Shown one piece after another: positions 59,401 through 64,000 of a DNA stretch of 64,000 nt; positions within the stretch are counted from its first letter, which is position 1; the number at the start of each line of letters is the position of its first letter. The DNA comes from Hyphococcus sp. (GTDB lineage: Bacteria; Pseudomonadota; Alphaproteobacteria; Caulobacterales; Parvularculaceae). The stretch is from NCBI GenBank assembly GCA_028289605.1, contig JANQON010000004.1, positions 74,547-138,546 on the forward strand. The letters are read 5' to 3'. The notes under the pieces were generated by a model. That model was not told the origin of the DNA, did not search any database, and saw nothing but the letters and a program-made list of their open reading frames with translations. The translations under genes were made by a program, and so were the position numbers.

Positions 59401-60483
59401 AATAATGCGCCCATCGCCTTGGCGATAGCGGATGTGAACAGCGGCGACGCGCCGTTGACGGTCAATTTCGACGGAACCAGGTCGAGCGATACCGACGGAA
59501 CCATCGCTTCCTACGCCTGGGACTTTGACGGAGACGGTTTGGTCGATTCCACAGCCGCTTCTCCGAATTTCACCTATGTGACGCCAGGCGGCTATACGGC
59601 CAGCTTGACGGTGACTGATGACGACGGCGCAACCGACAGCGATGCCGTCGCCATCACCGTCAACGCGCCGCCGCCGCCGCCGCCGAATGCGCCGCCGACG
59701 GCGTTCGCATCAGCAGACCGCTTAAGCGGCGACGCGCCGCTCACCGTCAATTTCGACGGAACAGGTTCGACCGACCCGGATGGAAGCATCGTTGCTTATG
59801 CGTGGGATTTCGATGGCGACGGATCGACGGATTCAAATGCGGTCTCGCCGAGTTTCACCTATCTGGATCCCGGCGCCTTCGCCGCACGTCTGACGGTGAC
59901 CGACAACGACGGCGCCGCCGACAGCGATACGCTCACGATCTCCGTCAGCGCGCCGCCGCCTCCGCCGCCGCCGCCCCCGCCGAACAACGCGCCGGTTGCG
60001 ATCCTGAACGCGGATACGACCAGCGGCGATGCGCCTTTGGAAGTCACCTTCGACGGATCCGCGTCCAGCGACAGCGACGGAACGATCGTTTCCTACGCTT
60101 GGGATTTCGATGACGACGGAACCGCGGACGCGAGCGCTGTTTCGCCCAGCTTCATCTATCTGAACCCCGGCGATTACACCGCTCGCTTGACTGTCACCGA
60201 CGATGACGGCGCCACAGACGAGGCGACGGCGTTGATTAACGTCAGCGCGCCGCCGCCGCCGCCAAGCGGCTTCGCCATCGGCGACGATATCGTCATCACC
60301 GTCAGCGACCGGTGGCGCGGCGAACCCGGCGCCGGCGTCCGCGGCGACCGCCTTCCTGTAGGCGCGCCGGCTGTCATCCTGGACGGTCCTGCTGTCGTCA
60401 ACGGCGATACGTGGTGGGAGATTGCGACCCCAAATCGACAAGGATGGTATCTCGAACGAAACTTCGACCACGCCGCGCCCTAG
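56455..60483 (+). CDS. secreted M36 (fungalysin-type) metalloprotease with FTP propeptide, six PKD domains and two SH3-like modules
   Basis: RBS GGGGGA and ATG at 56455, with signal peptide ...CLEAHAQQ. HEYGH lies at 57676-57690, followed by GEGFSD. The PKD signature WDFD(D/G)DG...Y.ARLTVTD.DGA occurs six times. The SGFAIG...WWEI.TPNRQGWYLE module occurs twice. Confidence 0.85.
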   Translation: MEITHKHRCKAVVASLSVLAFCLEAHAQQAELLSQTRTRVDANPTESGLLLSASPEARLRTYLQNRGASAETLQSLSPQSDYVAPDGKRFVKLEQRIGDMRVHGAISKAAFDEEGALIHVMERLAPAELPVAPTSISPTDAVRAAIDENFPNAPVPALDGTQGTISTFAADPFYFQPPRAEKVIVAQGGVLEEGYAVLLWSSDDNLLYQTIVNGAGEVVENELRTSNDRYTVVSTRTDGFGVQTLPGPGVGNAQSPAGWLAGPQRSIQIQGNNVDAYLDRNADNAPDAGGVAVTGDEFLTSPNFAQSPTTLQNQEASVQTLFYLNNQIHDYLYRFGFVEAAGNFQEDNFGNGGFGGDRVLAEAQDGAGLNNANFATPPDGFNPRMQMFLWNSTNPLRDGTLDGDIVWHEYGHGLTWRMVGGMSGDIPGAVGEGFSDALALGFYDVGTVLDPSDFYYNDVIAEFSTDELEPNLIPRRGIRSFEYRIHPDTLSDFNPARGVHRNGEILAAALYQMLQIPQRTVTTTPEYPQGIVVHDISPTIRDDFFSDLVGALNFTPPSPSFIDIRDALLMQAPANRDCYIWEAFAERGMGVGAQMQAGQPIVESFQKPPACPNMPPVVVFSVYPTTPEVGELAEFNVETAYDLDGRITSYAWDFDDDGVTDSDNSSFAYFSYDAPGTYEARLEVVDNEGGITIATQTIEVIDNGGNILPTAIIDTDVTSGDAPLTVNFDGSRSNDPDGFITNWLWDIVGAGGGSGQTTSLTFYIPGTYRVVLSVTDNGGATGTASVDITVNPGPPPPPPPPNAPPVAVIAADPTSGDAPLTVNFDGTGSSDSDGTIGLYFWDFDDDGSFDATGATTSFTYQTAGSYTARLRVNDNDGATDDATVDIIVAAPPPPPPSGFAIGADIEVTISDRWRGEPGAGQRGDRLPVGTPGVILAGPADVSGATWWEIQTPNRQGWYLEANMQLSGSPPPPPPPPPPPPPPNNAPIALAIADVNSGDAPLTVNFDGTRSSDTDGTIASYAWDFDGDGLVDSTAASPNFTYVTPGGYTASLTVTDDDGATDSDAVAITVNAPPPPPPNAPPTAFASADRLSGDAPLTVNFDGTGSTDPDGSIVAYAWDFDGDGSTDSNAVSPSFTYLDPGAFAARLTVTDNDGAADSDTLTISVSAPPPPPPPPPPNNAPVAILNADTTSGDAPLEVTFDGSASSDSDGTIVSYAWDFDDDGTADASAVSPSFIYLNPGDYTARLTVTDDDGATDEATALINVSAPPPPPSGFAIGDDIVITVSDRWRGEPGAGVRGDRLPVGAPAVILDGPAVVNGDTWWEIATPNRQGWYLERNFDHAAP
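58300..60480 (+). repeat. intragenic tandem domain-coding repeats with CCN (poly-Pro) linkers
   Basis: Repeated DNA blocks such as agcggcgacgcgccg(t/c)t(g/c)ac(g/c)gtcaatttcgacgga recur. Poly-Pro tracts lie at about 58828-58857, 59119-59142, 59359-59400, 59664-59684, 59953-59982 and 60247-60264. Confidence 0.8.
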
Positions 60484-60526
60484 CGGCGCGGCGGTCGGAG
60501 CCGCTTAGTCACGAGTGGGCGACAGT

Positions 60527-61321
60527 TTACTTCCCGCCGATAGAGAACAGCCGTCTCTTCGGTTTTTCGGACTTCAACGCTTCGGCGGCTTGTTCGAGTT
60601 TTTCGACCGCCGCTTGGGGGTCGGAAAATTCCGGGACGACGAGCCCGAGCGAAAACACAACCTTGGCCGCATCCTCAACACTCATTGAGAGGACACGGAT
60701 CTGATGCCGAGGCAGGAATATCAAAAATCCTGACGTGGGATTTGGAACTGTGGGCACGAAGAGAGCGGTCAGACCTTCACCCTGGTCAGCGAGCTTCGCA
60801 GCGACTTCGCCTTTTCCATCGCCCACCACAAACGCCATGACCCAAGCGCCCTCTCTGGGATACTCGATCAAGGCGACTTCCTTGAATGAACGATCGGACT
60901 GTTGCAGCGCAGTTTCAAACACATTCTTGAAAAAGCGATAGAGGTTGCGAACAACCGGAACGGAATCCACCAAACGTTCGCCCGCGCGAATAAAGGAGCG
61001 TCCGATAAAATTCTTGGCCAGCGCGCCGAGAATGATCAGAGCGATGACAGCGATAAGAACGCCGACGCCGGGCAGGACCTGTACAACTGTTTCGGCGTTC
61101 CCGCCGAGATCCGGCAGCGTGCGTTTCACAAAAGAATCGAGGCGCGCCATCGGACCGGTAACGAACCAGTAGATCAACGCGATGGTGATGCCGATTGGTG
61201 CGGCGACCACTATCCCGGCCAAGAAGCTCGAGCGCAAGCCCGCCAGCAGACCCTGCTTTTGCGGTCGGATCAGGGGCGCATCCGCCCGGCGGTCCTGACT
61301 GTCGCTGTTATCGCTTTTCAT
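60527..61321 (-). CDS. DUF502 domain-containing membrane protein
   Basis: SFLAGIVVAAPIGITIALIYWFV followed by the pattern ...GRSFIRAGERLVDSVPVVRNLY typical of DUF502. Confidence 0.75.
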   Translation of the reverse strand: MKSDNSDSQDRRADAPLIRPQKQGLLAGLRSSFLAGIVVAAPIGITIALIYWFVTGPMARLDSFVKRTLPDLGGNAETVVQVLPGVGVLIAVIALIILGALAKNFIGRSFIRAGERLVDSVPVVRNLYRFFKNVFETALQQSDRSFKEVALIEYPREGAWVMAFVVGDGKGEVAAKLADQGEGLTALFVPTVPNPTSGFLIFLPRHQIRVLSMSVEDAAKVVFSLGLVVPEFSDPQAAVEKLEQAAEALKSEKPKRRLFSIGGK

Positions 61322-61494
61322 TCTTCCCCGCTATTGATGCGACTTTCACGAGCGTCCAAATATCACCATTTAAAGCGTCTGCATTTAGAAAACGTCAAAC
61401 ACAGCGCCTCAGCATATGGTTACGATTCCTTCATATGGCGTCGAATCGGGATGAATAAAGGGCTTGAGAGTGACGATTTTGCGAAAAAGAGGCG

Positions 61495-62589
61495 ATGAAA
61501 GTCCGTAAAACGCTCGCAATTTCCGGGGTTGTTGTCGCTTTGTCGCTTTTGACGTGCGGCGCTTGCATCTGGCTGTTTCAGGACCAGATCGCGCTCGCCC
61601 GCATCAAGCCGTCGGTTCCTTTTGATGTCCTGCCTCCGCCGGCGAAGCCGGATTATTCCGATCGGCGCGCCTGGGCCGCCTGGCCGGATGACGCGGAAAA
61701 AGGCGGCGCCGATATTTTTCTAATCCATTCAACGACTTTTTCTACGTCGGCGAATTGGAACGCGCCCGTCACCGGTTCGGCCGCGACGCTCGCCCAAAAA
61801 ACAGTGCTGCCTGAACAGGCCGCGCCGTTCGCGTCCGTCGGCGCTGTTTACGCCCCGCATTATCGTCAAGCGACCCTCTTTGCCGAACTTAGTCCCAGCG
61901 CCAACGCCCGTGCGGCCCTAGAATTTGCACATAAGGATATCGATGCGGCTTTCGACCGCTTCCTTGCCGCCCGTGCGAATAAGCAGCGTCCCTTCATCGT
62001 AGCAGGTTATCGGCAGGGCGCGATCCACGCCCTCGGTCTTCTGCAGCAAAGAATTGCGACGCAACCAGCGCTCCACGACACACTCGCAGCCGCCTACATT
62101 ATTGATGCGCCCGTGCCTGACTTTTTGTTCGACGAAGCGATGGGCGACATTCAGCTTTGCGCTGGTCCGCAGGATCCCAAATGCATCGTTAGCTATGTGA
62201 GCCTCGAAAAAGGGCTCCCGCGCGAGAAACACCGGGTAAAAGAGTCTGCGCTTTTCTGGAACGCCGACGGCGTCCTTCAGGTCGTCAAGGCGCCGGGAAT
62301 CGCATGTGTCGATGTTGAGAATATGTCCGCTCCCCGAGCCGGCTCACGGTGCGCCGACGGGCTGTTGCTGTACGCGCGGCCTACCCGCGCGAGCCAGCAA
62401 ACCAATCGCTGGTTTGGGCGCCAATGGCGGCAAAAAAACCACTACCCGCTAAAAAACGCGGTCGCGGCGGATGCGGCGCGCCGGACCGCGGCCGCGACCC
62501 AACAGCTTGACGACGCATCCAGAATCCTCGAGCCGATAGGCGAAGCGGTTGATCTTGTTGACAGTCCCGTCAATAAGGTGCGCGAATGA
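61495..62589 (+). CDS. DUF3089 domain-containing protein (alpha/beta-hydrolase-like), membrane anchored
   Basis: An N-terminal anchor, then PDYSDRRAWAAWPD...ADIFLIHSTTF...WNA, which resembles DUF3089 as I recall it. Confidence 0.6.
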   Translation: MKVRKTLAISGVVVALSLLTCGACIWLFQDQIALARIKPSVPFDVLPPPAKPDYSDRRAWAAWPDDAEKGGADIFLIHSTTFSTSANWNAPVTGSAATLAQKTVLPEQAAPFASVGAVYAPHYRQATLFAELSPSANARAALEFAHKDIDAAFDRFLAARANKQRPFIVAGYRQGAIHALGLLQQRIATQPALHDTLAAAYIIDAPVPDFLFDEAMGDIQLCAGPQDPKCIVSYVSLEKGLPREKHRVKESALFWNADGVLQVVKAPGIACVDVENMSAPRAGSRCADGLLLYARPTRASQQTNRWFGRQWRQKNHYPLKNAVAADAARRTAAATQQLDDASRILEPIGEAVDLVDSPVNKVRE

Positions 62590-62615
62590 AGGATCACGGT
62601 CTGGGGGAAAGCGCT

Positions 62616-63482
62616 ATGAAACCTGTTCGAAAGATTGTCATACCCGTCGCCGGTCTCGGCACACGCGTGCTGCCGGCGACAAAAACCATACCGAAAGAGC
62701 TGCTGACCGTCGTCGACCGGCCGCTCATCGACTATGTCGTGGACGAGGCCCGCGACGCCGGCATAGAACACGTTGTTCTTGTAACGGGCCGCGGCAAGGG
62801 CGCAATAGAAGACTATTTCGATCACGCATACGAGCTTGAAGCGACGCTACGGCAGAAATCGAAAACCGACATTCTTTCGGAAATTGAGAAAACGATCCCG
62901 GTCGCCGGCTCCGTTTCCTACACCCGCCAGCAAGCGCCGCTCGGCCTCGGGCACGCCGTCTGGTGCGCGCGCGAGCTCATCGGCGATGAACCGTTCGCAA
63001 TTTCTCTGCCAGACGAGATCGTCGCCCATCGGCCGGGTTTTCTTAAGCAGATGGTCGACGCGTATTCATCCGTAGGCGGTAATCTGGTCGCCGTCGAAGA
63101 GGTTCCGCCCGCCGACACAAGCAAATACGGCGTGATCGCGCCAAAGGATCGAACGGGAAACCTGATCGAGATGTCAGGCATGGTGGAAAAACCAGCGCCC
63201 GCGGACGCCCCGTCAAATTTCCGGATCATTGGGCGATATATTTTGCAGCCTGAAATATTTGCGCTTCTTGAGAACCAAGGCAAAGGCGCCGGCGGTGAAA
63301 TTCAGCTCACAGACTCAATGAACACCCTCAATGGACAGCAGACGTTTCATGCGGTGGTCTGCGACGGTCTCATATATGACTGCGGATCCAAGCTTGGATT
63401 CGTAAAGGCCAACGCCGCGCTCGGCGCGAACCATCCCGAGTTCGGCGCCGAGTTCAAATCGTTTTTAAAGTCTATCGACTGA
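62616..63482 (+). CDS. galU: UTP--glucose-1-phosphate uridylyltransferase
   Basis: From MKPVRKIVIPVAGLGTRVLPATKTIPKELLTVVDRPLI, with VEKP and GRYIL motifs. Confidence 0.93.
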   Translation: MKPVRKIVIPVAGLGTRVLPATKTIPKELLTVVDRPLIDYVVDEARDAGIEHVVLVTGRGKGAIEDYFDHAYELEATLRQKSKTDILSEIEKTIPVAGSVSYTRQQAPLGLGHAVWCARELIGDEPFAISLPDEIVAHRPGFLKQMVDAYSSVGGNLVAVEEVPPADTSKYGVIAPKDRTGNLIEMSGMVEKPAPADAPSNFRIIGRYILQPEIFALLENQGKGAGGEIQLTDSMNTLNGQQTFHAVVCDGLIYDCGSKLGFVKANAALGANHPEFGAEFKSFLKSID

Positions 63483-63485
63483 CGG

Positions 63486-63995
63486 TCAGGCGCGCCGTAG
63501 CAAAGCGGACAACAAAGAGCGCGGTTCGCTGGCGGCCCGTGTCGCCTCCGCCAGCCGCGCAGTCGCTTCTCTCTCAAGGAACGACGATTCCGCCGGTTTT
63601 GAGGGCGTATTTCGATCCGCTGCAGAAGCGGGCGCCACTTCTTCCGCCTCGACGACTTCTTCGGCGACCACAACTTCGTCCGTGTCCGCTGGGGCCGGCT
63701 CATTGACCTCAACACTCGCCTCTCCGGCGTCGTGACGCGACCCGACCCGAACCGAATTCAACCGGTTGGTTAGCGTTTCCGTATCGCCCCCTGCTCCCGC
63801 CAGGCTCAGCTTCTCGGTTTTCGCCGCAAGCTGACGCACCTCGACGGCGTAGTCTTGAACTGTTCGCAACATCTGACTGGCGTCATACTGTGCATCGCGC
63901 GCGCGTCCGGCGGCGCTGATGGCCATCGCACAAACCACTGTTGCGAGTGCGAAAAAAGCAATCGCGAGACCAAAAAACGCCATCTCCGGCGTCAC
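63486..63995 (-). CDS. hypothetical membrane-anchored protein (may extend past the right edge)
   Basis: An N-terminal TM segment (FFGLAIAFFALATVVCAMAI), then a coiled/acidic region. The start is GTG 63995 or ATG 63983, and there is no upstream stop inside the window. I recognise no family. Confidence 0.45.
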   Translation of the reverse strand: MTPEMAFFGLAIAFFALATVVCAMAISAAGRARDAQYDASQMLRTVQDYAVEVRQLAAKTEKLSLAGAGGDTETLTNRLNSVRVGSRHDAGEASVEVNEPAPADTDEVVVAEEVVEAEEVAPASAADRNTPSKPAESSFLEREATARLAEATRAASEPRSLLSALLRRA

Positions 63996-64000
63996 CGCGC

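Noticed and set aside
58828-60264. Regularly spaced CCG/CCC-rich short repeats that could superficially suggest a CRISPR-like or microsatellite array
   Set aside because: They are in frame within one long ORF and encode poly-Pro linkers between PKD and SH3-like domains. The spacers between them are homologous domain-coding DNA rather than unique sequences.

Overview
This is a high-GC chromosomal segment, about 55-60% G+C by eye, that reads as ordinary core Alphaproteobacteria genome. Supporting synteny: hdaA-ppk-ppx next to DUF2066 and purM-purN, a yfgM-like-bamB-der cluster, cobT and korAB. I call about 57 protein genes, which cover nearly the whole window. Most long ORFs on the opposite strand are GC-driven shadows. 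I recognised no rRNA, tRNA, CRISPR array, transposase, integrase or phage gene, and no known defence system. The points worth a second look are: (1) a low-GC single-gene islet encoding a 475-aa secreted orphan (14.3-15.9 kb). (2) A fused E1 alpha/beta 2-oxoacid dehydrogenase with no E2/E3 partner, translationally coupled to a FabD-fold acyltransferase that lacks the malonyl-binding Arg (18.6-21.8 kb). (3) Two tandem paralogous small membrane proteins of unknown family (48.0-49.1 kb). (4) A 1342-aa M36 (fungalysin-type) protease with a duplicated [PKD x3 + SH3-like] block joined by poly-proline linkers, the longest 14 Pro (56.5-60.5 kb). (5) A BlaI/BlaR1-type pair with a clear TACA/TGTA operator and no penicillin-binding sensor domain. 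(6) Two families of intergenic palindromic elements, one sitting between korA and korB. All functional calls come from motif and family recognition by eye, with no database search. Coordinates of starts are best guesses.
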